The translations under genes and the position numbers were made by a program. The notes beneath the pieces were generated by a model, which did not search any database, was not told the DNA's origin, and saw only the letters and a list, made by a program, of their open reading frames with translations. A stretch of 64,000 nt of DNA from contig CAJTTM010000010.1 in NCBI GenBank assembly GCA_910579135.1, positions 716 through 64,715 on the forward strand, read 5' to 3'. This DNA is from an uncultured Erysipelotrichales bacterium. GTDB lineage: Bacteria > Bacillota_I > Bacilli_A > Erysipelotrichales > Coprobacillaceae. Shown here one piece after another: positions 38,001-46,000 of this stretch. Within the stretch, counting starts at the first letter, position 1. Every line of letters starts with the position of its first letter.

Positions 38001-39546
38001 TATAACTTGTCGCATGTGCTGCTTCCCATGAAATAGACACAGTTCCAATATTGTAAGTATCTCCTAAATCAACCGTTATTGTTTCTTCAGTGTCTCCTTG
38101 ACCTCTATTAAATGGTGCAACATTATATGCATTCCCCCAACGAGTACCCATGTCACCATCAACCGCATGAGCCACTGCAAATGTACTTTTAGCATAAGTA
38201 GATGAAGCAACTACATTCTTCATATATGCTAAATTACTTGTATTATATTCTAAATTCTTAGGAACATAAATTTGGAAAATCTCATTAATTTCATCATCTG
38301 AGACACTTGCTAGTGAAGATGTTGGATTCTTTGAAATATTAAAAGCTCTTTCTGTGAAATTTCCCCACCATGAAACATCAACGACAACTTGATTTGATGA
38401 AACATTCCCTGGTCTTACAGCTGCAGTATTCACTCCTCCATTGATCCATCCTTCTGGTCTATATTGCCATCCATCAGCAATCACAATGACAGAGCCAACT
38501 GGTAAAGTTGCTTTTGTAAATTTTTGTGTGACTACAAAATTTGGAGCAATAGCACTTGTTGTATCCATAGTATAATGTTTATCATTTTTTGCTGATGAAT
38601 TATAGAATCCACCATTTGTTAATGTAAGTGAAGCTCTCTCTAATTCAGAAAGATCTATCTGATATTGAGATTGAGTCACTTCATATGGTTTTGAAAAAGC
38701 ATTTTTTACTGATTCAATAGCCATTGCTTTTTCTTTATCACTCACACCACTTGGTTTATATGATAATTTATCAATATCTAAACCAGTAAAAGCATGTGCA
38801 AAAGTGATTCCTGCAATATATCTTCCTACATCATAAGTTAAATGATAACCATCTCTTGTAAGAGTATCTCCTATAAAAGATGATCTTGCATTTTGAACAG
38901 ATGTTCCTGTAGGAATTACAAAATCAATATCTTTATTTGTATCGATTTTGTTTTGAACAGCCGATACAATCGCATTATACATTGTTTTTTGATCTTTATT
39001 ATAATTTTTAAAATCTGCATGACTAGAATTACCTTGATATGCCCATGTCATATTCCAACCAAATTGAGCATCTGGTTGTAATTCTCTAACAATATCCATT
39101 AGTTCTTGTAAATCATCATAAGTATCAGGTAAACCACTACTTCCACTTGCTTGTTGAAAAGTAATATAATCCCAATCCTCACTTAATACAGCTGTTTTTA
39201 TGCTTGTACTTTTTGTTGTTACCCAACTACCACTATCATTAGTATAGTATGTATAAGCATTAGAATCGCTTTTTGCATTTTCAAGATGAGTTGCTAAAGC
39301 ACATCCACCAATGTATAAATTCCCTAATTTTACATTTTTTACACCTAAATCTTTAGCGATTTCATATAGATATTGTTGACTATCTACTGAAAAACTATTT
39401 CCTATACTTAATACTTTAAGGGTTTGATCTTCATTCCACTTTGAGTCAACTTCATATCCATAAGAGTTTTTAATATGCATTGGTAAAATCCCTATACATA
39501 ATACTAAAACCATTATTATTTTTAGAAATCTTTTACATTTTCTCAT
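32083..39546 (-). CDS. 2487-aa surface protein: SGNH/DUF4886-like esterase domain + several F5/8 type C (CBM32) modules + GH84 beta-N-acetylglucosaminidase + more CBM32 + FIVAR + TM anchor
   Basis: Signal peptide; GNSFSVDS block; repeated ...YGYSIYELEVYE ends of discoidin modules. GH84 core RGYVEGFYGFPWTFEE ... TYIYAPKDD ... FGIFYDDL. Two FIVAR-like repeats. Start set at ATG 39546 after AGGGAGGA; the track used an upstream TTG. Confidence 0.85.
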   Translation of the reverse strand: MRKCKRFLKIIMVLVLCIGILPMHIKNSYGYEVDSKWNEDQTLKVLSIGNSFSVDSQQYLYEIAKDLGVKNVKLGNLYIGGCALATHLENAKSDSNAYTYYTNDSGSWVTTKSTSIKTAVLSEDWDYITFQQASGSSGLPDTYDDLQELMDIVRELQPDAQFGWNMTWAYQGNSSHADFKNYNKDQKTMYNAIVSAVQNKIDTNKDIDFVIPTGTSVQNARSSFIGDTLTRDGYHLTYDVGRYIAGITFAHAFTGLDIDKLSYKPSGVSDKEKAMAIESVKNAFSKPYEVTQSQYQIDLSELERASLTLTNGGFYNSSAKNDKHYTMDTTSAIAPNFVVTQKFTKATLPVGSVIVIADGWQYRPEGWINGGVNTAAVRPGNVSSNQVVVDVSWWGNFTERAFNISKNPTSSLASVSDDEINEIFQIYVPKNLEYNTSNLAYMKNVVASSTYAKSTFAVAHAVDGDMGTRWGNAYNVAPFNRGQGDTEETITVDLGDTYNIGTVSISWEAAHATSYTLQGSLDGETFFDIKDITKGTGETEVHELDAVETRYVRLAMHTPASQYGYSIYELEVYEAKDTVALDEIYKKVDEINEEKYSDATLNIVKEKVQKAKSLSSTATQDDIDQAVSDIQKAIDNLEARYPNLALNKETSASSTYAKTGYGANYVVDGKIDTNKWQVKYNDTNGYNNGNGNLEENLTVNLGAVYPIDMIAISWEKAYAKDFTIQGSLDGKTFFDIKDIKDNVPYEDKQRIEYDGLGNVKTQYVRLAFHAPKSDKYKYGYALYELEVYEKNPDSRIYTNIALDKKVTTTSTYKNTNNKFDYSHITDGDLDSRWGNAYNGAAYKENPVESVVVDLEKEYSLDRVIVTFESSYAKKYNVLGSKDGQNYTLIQEVTDGNKGERVFTDIDTSVRYIKLELLEPSGNYGYSIYEIEAYEKRNVELEKAIKEVQAKLDKIEVGTVEGTMLRQNYQKYAKMISNAEKLIADKECFNNDIRLSIIELRNALLTIDNDIITAKTTVSIYPTVQDITYDSNNGMLLNGKTVDILVHGEQDQATLLKVQQLLEKNGYTYQIVNEVGTNPVIILANDCDKECVICDSVKDSQKALEKKQGYVMNLSNDEHKSGQITIIGSDEDGVYYGVMSLLQIFEQKTADNHLAEVTISDYPDVEFRGYVEGFYGFPWTFEERASLFEDTSKYKMTTYIYAPKDDIYHRDEWRKLYPTQEAKHISDLVKIAHENNMDFCWTIHPGADYNFTNGSGDYETLIAKFEQVYSLGVRQFGIFYDDLDLSIADGEKHAKLINDVYKYLNEKYGDVKPFITVTSRYNNSWGGDWAKYFTPFMKTIHPDTVVLWTGQHTMSAITKDYFETPKKKTGVDRDLGVWWNYPVTDYCYGKLLMGSLDILDNDVDNINSFFLNPMSEADASKVTVFSGADYAWNTSAFDSVSSWKRSIKELVPEANEEFERFADNISYIDLPERKSGFKLEESQYLKEDLDRFENALKYGDNFKTEIANMKAKFKQMLNDVQALRKIKNQNLLSEVEKHIDAYEDMAKAGIAAMEGYEYALQGDIGKTIDKISELENTLSKSGSHIIDTIKGQSYIVVGSYRITPLLEKSINSIREILNLNIDYPTIHERMITNVDNLDIQKVKKDGSTYSISNIKTTMNKDDYITIALPKAMNLYKIDANISQNDAFKLQYSLNGLSWNDIGSVDDNHITNQEVVTGAYVRIVSTKDNAQLDMKQLSITEGYQPLFVNVTSDLSTYKTNVLNNAVDGDMTTCFWSNSYAKDNNYITVDLGNLATLNKVELYNGISKGKVDGFVSTELEISKDGVIWTKVGKAQSVSDYIDVDDTMKKIVFDAKGATARYFRFVASGTTDTWTKIYEIDYDATYLDYGNHLQVDTNIPVDTKTDKIMDNDMNTSLTTNRVSQNGDYISVDFGTLVPLYDASIYLDKNEAFKNLKLQTSLDGKTWTDTSDYLSSDKYTTSGNHSIATFGLDGNLVRYIRFVTGESSENPVKVYEIKYNQTLDTSANTSVLSTDMKEYKSEFAIDKAMDGNMDTKFYSGAATKVGNYIQVDLGSTISVHDYSIWFAVNPKKVGEVDGFKEMKVQISQDGKTWSDVGEKMSVSDYVVEGDKYLATSSLNGTVARYIRFVATVKNSNWLQVYEIEFNKTVDASDLKYIDKNSTININNSHFIDDQNITTHSNILEIKDGQELIYPMTTCKDVLKIGILQDQKSITNAKVGVQDLNGNWKDIGTLDRAWKLFDIQSSILAVKLTFDRAVDPVIYEILVYGGADYTRIREVLEKVPNDLSIYDEKSVQNLNKAIQAVVYNKEIDEQEKVDGYAKAISKAIQELKYKLANYTKVNELLKKVPSDLSIYDAGKVKNLNDVINSIDFNKDFTKQSEVDQYAKDLQKVIDELLKSAIKDSVKPGDNDKIDKDVLGDKVKVDNEKVVDQKDNNKKADGAKTNDPFIIMPYTILVLCAIGAYITIKKFDYK
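35704..35709 (-). other. GH84 catalytic Asp-Asp codons
   Basis: Reverse complement reads GGT ATT TTC TAT GAT GAT TTA (GIFYDDL), in frame (codons 1280-1281). Confidence 0.75.
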
Positions 39547-39693
39547 GCCTTTTCCTCCCTTCAATAAGAAAACTCTGTATTTTTTTATATCCCTCCTTAT
39601 CTTATAAACCCAAAATATATATCATAATATGAATCATTTAATGAATTGTTATAATATCTCACACCCTTTCTTTTTTTTATTTCTGTATTTTAG

Positions 39694-39761
39694 ACAAAAA
39701 AAGGCCAGAAAAATACATCAATGTATTTCTCTGGTCTTGCCTAATTGAATAGTCACAATCC
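39694..39761 (-). promoter_or_regulatory. RAT (ribonucleic antiterminator) overlapping an intrinsic terminator, copy 1
   Basis: Minus strand GGATTGTGACTATTCAATTAGGCAAGACC (39761..39733), compared with the LicT/SacY RAT GGATTGTTACTG..CAGGCAAAACC. Its 3' GACC starts the hairpin GACCAGAGAAATACAT-TG-ATGTATTTTTCTGGCC, followed by T7. Confidence 0.8.
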
Positions 39762-39773
39762 TTGTCTACTAAA

Positions 39774-39802
39774 ATTATACACTTTTTAAAATCTTTTGTC
39801 AA
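39774..39802 (-). promoter_or_regulatory. consensus sigma-A promoter in front of RAT1
   Basis: TTGACA (39802..39797), 17-nt spacer, TATAAT (39779..39774). The RAT begins 12 nt downstream. Confidence 0.75.
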
Positions 39803-39824
39803 TTTGGATATGATATTTTGCTTA

Positions 39825-40658
39825 TTATTTCACATTTATGTTCCTCTTAATATGTATACATAAATATGTCTGTTCATCTGGAGAAAGTTCATAATTATAA
39901 TTTTTCTCAATTAAAGAAACTATTCTATTAATACACATAGACAATCTTGCATCATCTTTTAATAACATTCTTATATCATATGTTGTATCTATAAAGGATA
40001 TCTCTTCATTTCTAAAAATTCTTTCTCCTAAATATTTTAAATGCATAGAAATGCGTGCATATTCTAATGAACTTGTTTCTAATTCTATTTTCATTGTTTT
40101 TTGAATTAAATCAATAACTTCCTTAGTAAAAGTTAATATCTTAGTTGCATTATTCTCTTTATTTGATAAAGAGAAGTTAACAAGATGTAAAGCTATATAA
40201 CCAGCTTCATGTTCATCTAAAAGAATTCTCGTTTTTTTAAATATATATTGAATTGCCCATAATCCTACTTCAAATTCTTTTTTATATAAGACTTTTGTCT
40301 CATCAAGTATAATATTAGGTAAATAAACATGTTCTTTATATCGTTTCATAGCAAACGATATATGATCACTAATTGCAATAAATATCTCACTACTAAAATC
40401 TGTATCTAATTCTTTACTTGCCTTTTTTATAATTTGTTCAGTTATTTCAAAATAAACAACAGGTATATTACGTAAAGATTTTTCTAGTCTTTTTTTATGT
40501 TCATCTTGAAACACATATCTTTTTTCTATTTTACTTTCATCAACCAAATCTCCAGCTTTTTTTCTAAAACCAATGCCTGATCCAGTTAAAATAATATCTT
40601 GTTTATCTTCAGATAATGCAACTACACTATTATTATTAAATATTTTTAATATAATCAT
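39825..40658 (-). CDS. BglG/LicT/SacY-family PRD transcription antiterminator
   Basis: 277 aa. CAT domain MIILKIFNNNSVVAL...GSGIGFRKK followed by two PRDs. Confidence 0.9.
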   Translation of the reverse strand: MIILKIFNNNSVVALSEDKQDIILTGSGIGFRKKAGDLVDESKIEKRYVFQDEHKKRLEKSLRNIPVVYFEITEQIIKKASKELDTDFSSEIFIAISDHISFAMKRYKEHVYLPNIILDETKVLYKKEFEVGLWAIQYIFKKTRILLDEHEAGYIALHLVNFSLSNKENNATKILTFTKEVIDLIQKTMKIELETSSLEYARISMHLKYLGERIFRNEEISFIDTTYDIRMLLKDDARLSMCINRIVSLIEKNYNYELSPDEQTYLCIHIKRNINVK

Positions 40659-40668
40659 AACATTTCAC

Positions 40669-42129
40669 CTACCTAATAATATCATTCATCGCTTCAACTA
40701 TAAAATCAACTTGAGTTCCTATAATAGCTTGCAATCCATTTTTTCCCATCTTTACAATACCACTTACTCCAGTATTAATAATAGCTTGTTCATCAACTAA
40801 TTCTATATCTCTAAGCCTTACTCTTAATCTTGTAATACAACTATCTACTGCTATTATATTACTTTTACCACCTAATGCTTCCACATATAGAATAGCTAAT
40901 TCATCGTAATCTTGACTATCTAATGTTATGCCATTTTCTATATTTGTATCTTCAAATACAAGTTCATCTACTTCTCTTCCTGGTGTCATAAGATTATATC
41001 GAAGAATCATAAACTTAAATAAATAATAATATACAAAAGCAGATATAATTCCTAATGGAATCAACATATATGCATTATGTGAAAAAGGAGCCTTCATACT
41101 TAGGACATAATCAATAAAACCTGCAGAAAAACTAAATCCTGCCAACCATTTCATTGAGGCAGCTATAAAAACAAAGATCCCTGTTAAAATAGCATGCATC
41201 AAATATAATGATGGAGCTACAAACATAAATGCAAATTCTATTGGTTCTGTTACTCCTGTTAAAAAAGAAGCAATTGCACTAGATAATAATATAGCCCCTA
41301 CTTTTTTCTTGTTCTCTGGTCGAGCATATTGATACATAGCAAGTGCTGCAGCCGGTAATCCAAACATCATAACTGGAAAAAATCCAGCTTGATACATTCC
41401 AGTTTGTCCTAATATTCCTCCAGAAATTGATCCCCAGAATTTACCAATATCATTAATATTTGCAACATCAAACCAAAATACAGAATTTAAGGCGTGATGC
41501 AATCCTGTTGGTATTAGTAATCTATTAAAGAAGGCGTAAATACCAGCACCTGTAGCTCCTAATTTCGCAATCATTTCACTAAAAACAACAAATAGATTAT
41601 AAAGTATAGGCCACACTAAAATTAATATAATGGATAATAATAACATTGCGAATGTACACACTATAGGAGAAAAACGTCTCCCATTAAACAATGAAAATGC
41701 ATTAGGAAGTTGAATATTATGATAACGGTCATATATTTTAGCGCTTATTAACCCAACAAGTATTCCTATAAAAGCATTTGGTGTGCTTTCAAAACATTGT
41801 GGAACTTTTGAGATTGATACATTCATCAATAAAGATATTGTATCCTGTGATAATAATCTATTTACTAACAAATAGGATACGATTGTACTCATCATAATCA
41901 TAGAATCTTTTTGTTCTGCCATTCCAATCGCAATGCCCACTGCAAACAATATTGGTAAATTATCTATAATTGCTCCTCCTGATTCAATTAAAAAGGCAGC
42001 AATTATATTATTGGCTCCCCATCCAATTGGATCAATCCAATATCCTACCCCTTTTAATATTGCTGCAATAGGCATAATAGAGACAGGTAACATTAATGAT
42101 TTTCCTAATCGCTGTAAATAATTCAACAT
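40669..42129 (-). CDS. PTS glucose/GlcNAc-family EIICB component
   Basis: EIIC (LQRLGKSLMLPVSIMPIAAIL) plus C-terminal EIIB with the phospho-Cys motif SCITRLRV. Start probably ATG 42129 (9 nt after AAGGGAG); the track gives 42138. Confidence 0.85.
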   Translation of the reverse strand: MLNYLQRLGKSLMLPVSIMPIAAILKGVGYWIDPIGWGANNIIAAFLIESGGAIIDNLPILFAVGIAIGMAEQKDSMIMMSTIVSYLLVNRLLSQDTISLLMNVSISKVPQCFESTPNAFIGILVGLISAKIYDRYHNIQLPNAFSLFNGRRFSPIVCTFAMLLLSIILILVWPILYNLFVVFSEMIAKLGATGAGIYAFFNRLLIPTGLHHALNSVFWFDVANINDIGKFWGSISGGILGQTGMYQAGFFPVMMFGLPAAALAMYQYARPENKKKVGAILLSSAIASFLTGVTEPIEFAFMFVAPSLYLMHAILTGIFVFIAASMKWLAGFSFSAGFIDYVLSMKAPFSHNAYMLIPLGIISAFVYYYLFKFMILRYNLMTPGREVDELVFEDTNIENGITLDSQDYDELAILYVEALGGKSNIIAVDSCITRLRVRLRDIELVDEQAIINTGVSGIVKMGKNGLQAIIGTQVDFIVEAMNDIIR

Positions 42130-42171
42130 ATAACTCATCTCCCTTTTTATCTACAAATAAATATTTGTTTC

Positions 42172-42200
42172 TTGAAAATATAATGCTCACTAAGTATAAT
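42172..42200 (+). promoter_or_regulatory. near-consensus sigma-A promoter of the EIIA gene
   Basis: TTGAAA (42172..42177), 17-nt spacer, TATAAT (42195..42200). The palindrome ACAAATA-AA-TATTTGT (42153..42168) lies just upstream. Confidence 0.65.
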
Positions 42201-42269
42201 AAAATTATGAAACTAGTTTTCTTGAAAAAACATATCATTTATCTTTAATTTTAGAAAGGACAATATTAT

Positions 42270-42752
42270 ATGAAATCCTTACAACAATTGTTTAAAAATA
42301 AAATTAATACTATCTATGCTATTGCAGATGGAAACCTTATTCGTATAGAAAATATCCCTGATACAGCATTTTCTCATCGACTTATTGGTGATGGATTGGC
42401 ATTACAAATTCATTCATCGAACATTTATGCTCCTTGTGATGGTACAATATCTATGATAGCTTCAACAAAGCATGCTTTCATTATTACATTGTCTAATGGT
42501 ACAGAAATTCTTATTCATATAGGACTTTATCATGATAAACCTGTTTCCGAATACTTTCATTACCATGTACAAGTTGGACAACCAGTAACAACAAATAATC
42601 TTATTCTTACATTAGATGATAATTTTTTAAAATCAAATGACTATAAAATTATTGTTCCTATAGTTATTCTTAATTATCAAGAACATCCTATCAAATCATT
42701 AACAACTGTATCATATATTGAACATGGTAAAAAAATAATGACTTGTAAATAA
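42270..42752 (+). CDS. PTS glucose-family EIIA component
   Basis: 160 aa. DTAFSHRLIGDGLAL ... KHAFII ... ILIHIG, with both His of the Crr-type active site. Confidence 0.8.
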   Translation: MKSLQQLFKNKINTIYAIADGNLIRIENIPDTAFSHRLIGDGLALQIHSSNIYAPCDGTISMIASTKHAFIITLSNGTEILIHIGLYHDKPVSEYFHYHVQVGQPVTTNNLILTLDDNFLKSNDYKIIVPIVILNYQEHPIKSLTTVSYIEHGKKIMTCK

Positions 42753-42783
42753 TCATTATTTGAGCTTTTTTTATCATTAGGTG

Positions 42784-42854
42784 AAAAAACAAGCCTCAAA
42801 ATTATTAAAAAAATAAATATTTCGAGGTCTTTCCTAATTCAATAGTCACGATCC
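42784..42854 (-). promoter_or_regulatory. RAT overlapping an intrinsic terminator, copy 2
   Basis: Minus strand GGATCGTGACTATTGAATTAGGAAAGACC (42854..42826), 26/29 identical to RAT1. Hairpin AAGACCTCGAAATATT-N9-AATAATTTTGAGGCTT followed by GTTTTTT. Confidence 0.75.
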
Positions 42855-42862
42855 TTACACAT

Positions 42863-42891
42863 ATAATATATGATTTATCACAACTTTTCAA
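42863..42891 (-). promoter_or_regulatory. sigma-A promoter in front of RAT2
   Basis: TTGAAA (42891..42886), 17-nt spacer, TATTAT (42868..42863). The RAT starts 8 nt downstream. Confidence 0.65.
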
Positions 42892-42978
42892 TTCATTTTT
42901 ACTGATTTTTCGATAGTTCTTAAAAATTCTCATTCATGCTATAAATACACTTATATTTCATTTTTAGCATTTTTTTTA

Positions 42979-43012
42979 CAAAAAAACGAAGTAAAATCAC
43001 TTTTACTTCGTT
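42979..43012 (-). terminator. rho-independent terminator of rpoBC
   Basis: Minus strand AACGAAGTAAAA-GTGA-TTTTACTTCGTT followed by T7. Confidence 0.85.
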
Positions 43013-43021
43013 TTATTTTAT

Positions 43022-46000
43022 TTAATTAGTAAATGCTTCTTCTTCAACATTTTTAGCTTGTTCTAAAGTTTCATTGTTATCAATTTCATCTAATTGCTCA
43101 ACAATTGTTTCTAATTCTTCTAATTGTCTAGCTTCTTCATTTTCAGCAGTAATTGTTTCAGGAGATTTCAATGCACCTCTTAAACCAGTACCTGCTGGTA
43201 ATAATTGACCAATAATTACATTTTCTTTTAATCCACGTAAATCATCAACTTTTCCTTTAATAGCAGCATCAGTTAAGATTCTTGTTGTTTCTTGGAATGA
43301 TGCAGCAGATAACCATGAATCAGTTTCAAGTGAAGCTTTAGTTATACCTAGTAAGATAGGTCTAGCTACAGCTGGGTGTTTTCCATTTCTTAAAACGTCT
43401 CTATTGATTTCTGTAAATTTCGCAACATTAATACGAGTTCCTGGTAAAGCCCCCGTATCTCCACCTTCAACAATACGCATCTTTCTTAACATTTGTCGAA
43501 TGATAATTTCGATATGTTTATCAGAAATCTCAATACCTTGTAAACGATATACTTTTTGAACTTCTTTTAAGATATAGTTTTCAACTGCTTCAACATCTGC
43601 AACTTCTAATAATTCTTTTGGATCAATTGAACCTTCAGTAATCTTACCTCCAATTTCAACACTATCCCCAACACTAACTCTTAATTTTGCTCCATAAGGG
43701 GCTAAATAACTCTTAGTTTCTAAAACATTTGTAACAACGATTTCTGCTCTACCATTGTTATCAATAATGTTTGAAACTTCACCATCAATTTCAGAAATAA
43801 TTGATTTAGCTTTTGGATTTCTAGCTTCAAATAACTCTTGAATACGAGGAAGACCTTGAGTGATATCTGCACCACCTGCAACTCCACCCATATGGAAGGT
43901 ACGCATTGTAAGCTGTGTACCTGGCTCACCGATAGATTGAGCAGCCATAATACCAATTGTTTCTCCTAATTCAACTTCATTACCAGTTGCTAGATTACGT
44001 CCATAACAACGTTTACATACACCATTTTGAGCACGACATCCAAATATTGAACGAATTTCAACAGATGTAATTCCTGCATCACTTATTTTTTTAGCTGTAA
44101 TCTCATTCATCAATTCATTTGCATGAACAATGATTTCTCCACTTTGAGGATCTATGATATCTTTTAATGAGTAACGTCCAACTAATCTATCATATAATGG
44201 AACGATAACTGAGTTATCAGCAGTATTATATAATTCTGTTACAATAAATCCTCTATCAGTACCACAATCATCCTCTGTAATAATAACTTCTTGAGCAACG
44301 TCTACTAAACGTCTTGTTAAATAACCTGAATCAGCTGTCTTTAAGGCAGTATCTGTAGACCCTTTTCTGGCACCATGTGTAGAAATGAAGAATTCAGATG
44401 CTGTTAAACCTTCTCTAAATGAAGATTTGATAGGCAACTCAATAGTTTCACCTTTAGGGTTAGACATCAATCCACGCATACCTACTAACTGAGTAAAGTT
44501 TGAAATATTACCACGCGCTCCTGAATCAGACATGATGAAGATTGGATTATTTCTATCAGATTCGAATTCTTCTTTTACAACATCTTGAACTTCATCCTTA
44601 ACACCTTCCCATAATTTAATAACAGATGTCTTTCTTTCCTCTTCAGTTAATTTACCTTTACGATATAATTTAGTAATAACTTCTAGTTTATCATCAGCTT
44701 TATCAAATAATTTATATTTACTATGAGGAACCTGAATATCATATACAGATACAGTAATTCCTGCAATTGTAGAATAATAGAAACCTTGATCTTTTAATTT
44801 ATCAAGCATTGCACTAGTATCCTTCATTACAGAAGTCTTGAATACTTCATTAATGATATTACCTAATGCTTTTTTATTTAAAGGCATAATAATTGCTTGA
44901 TTCTTAATATGCTCTTTAATATCAGTTCCCATCGGTACAAAATATTTATCAGGAGTTCTCTCTAAGTTTTCTTTACTTGGATCGTTAATGAATGGGAAAG
45001 TCCCTTCAAAGATTTGATTAAATATAATCTTACCAACAGTAGTAATTAAATAACTGTTATTTTGTTCTTCAGTAAATGTAGAGTTATTTAATGATTTACC
45101 TCTAATTGCAACTCTTGTATGCAAATGTACAGTTTTTGCATCATATGCCATTAAAACTTCATTAACATCTGCAAATACAGTTCCTTCTCCAACTTTTCCA
45201 GCAACTTCTAATGTTAAATAGTAGTTACCAAGCACCATATCCTGTGAAGGAGTAACGATTGGTTTACCATCTTTAGGTCCTAAAATGTTATTAGATCCTA
45301 ACATTAATTGTCTTGCTTCTTGAATAGCTTCTTCTCCTAAAGGAACATGGACAGCCATTTGGTCACCATCAAAATCAGCATTAAATGCAGGTGTAACCAA
45401 CGGATGCAAACGAATTGCACGTCCTTCTACAAGTTTAGGCTCAAATGCTTGAATACCTAATCTATGAAGTGTAGGAGCACGGTTTAATAATACTGGATGC
45501 TGTTTAATGACTTCTTCAACAATTGGCCAAATACGGTCATCCATCTTTTCAATTAATCTTTCAGCAGCCTTAATATTTGTTGCGATTTCTTCTCTTACTA
45601 ATCCACTAATAACAAATGGTTTAAATAAATTTAATGCCATTTCACGTGGAATACCACATTGATACATTTTTAAAGTAGGTCCAACTGCAATAACTGAACG
45701 TCCTGAATAATCAACACGTTTACCCAAAAGGTTTTGTCTAAAACGACCTTGTTTACCTTTTAAAGTATGGCTTAATGATTTTAATGGTCTTCCTCCTGCA
45801 CCTGTAATAGGTTTAGAACGGCGTCCATTATCAATTAAAGCATCTACTGCTTCTTGTAACATACGTTTTTCATTTTGTACAATAATAGAAGGAGTTCCTA
45901 ATTCTAATAATTTCTTTAAACGATTATTACGTGTAATAACACGTCTATATAAATCATTCAAATCACTTGTCGCAAAACGTCCACCATCTAATTGTAACAT

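Noticed and set aside
29934-38900. Short nested ORFs inside the GH16 and GH84 genes (29934..30122, 31335..31550, 33849..34046, 38893..39081)
   Set aside because: They are off-frame or antisense products of long, clearly coding genes. They are His/Gln/Leu-rich and have no translation signals.
39547-39564. TTG-initiated extension MKGGKG of the GH84 ORF
   Set aside because: These codons are the SD region (AGGGAGGAAAAGG) for ATG 39546.
42208-42221. cre (CcpA) site TGAAACTAGTTTTC downstream of the EIIA promoter
   Set aside because: It is palindromic but lacks the central CG and the flanking consensus positions of WTGNAANCGNWNNCW. Chance palindromes are common in DNA this AT-rich.
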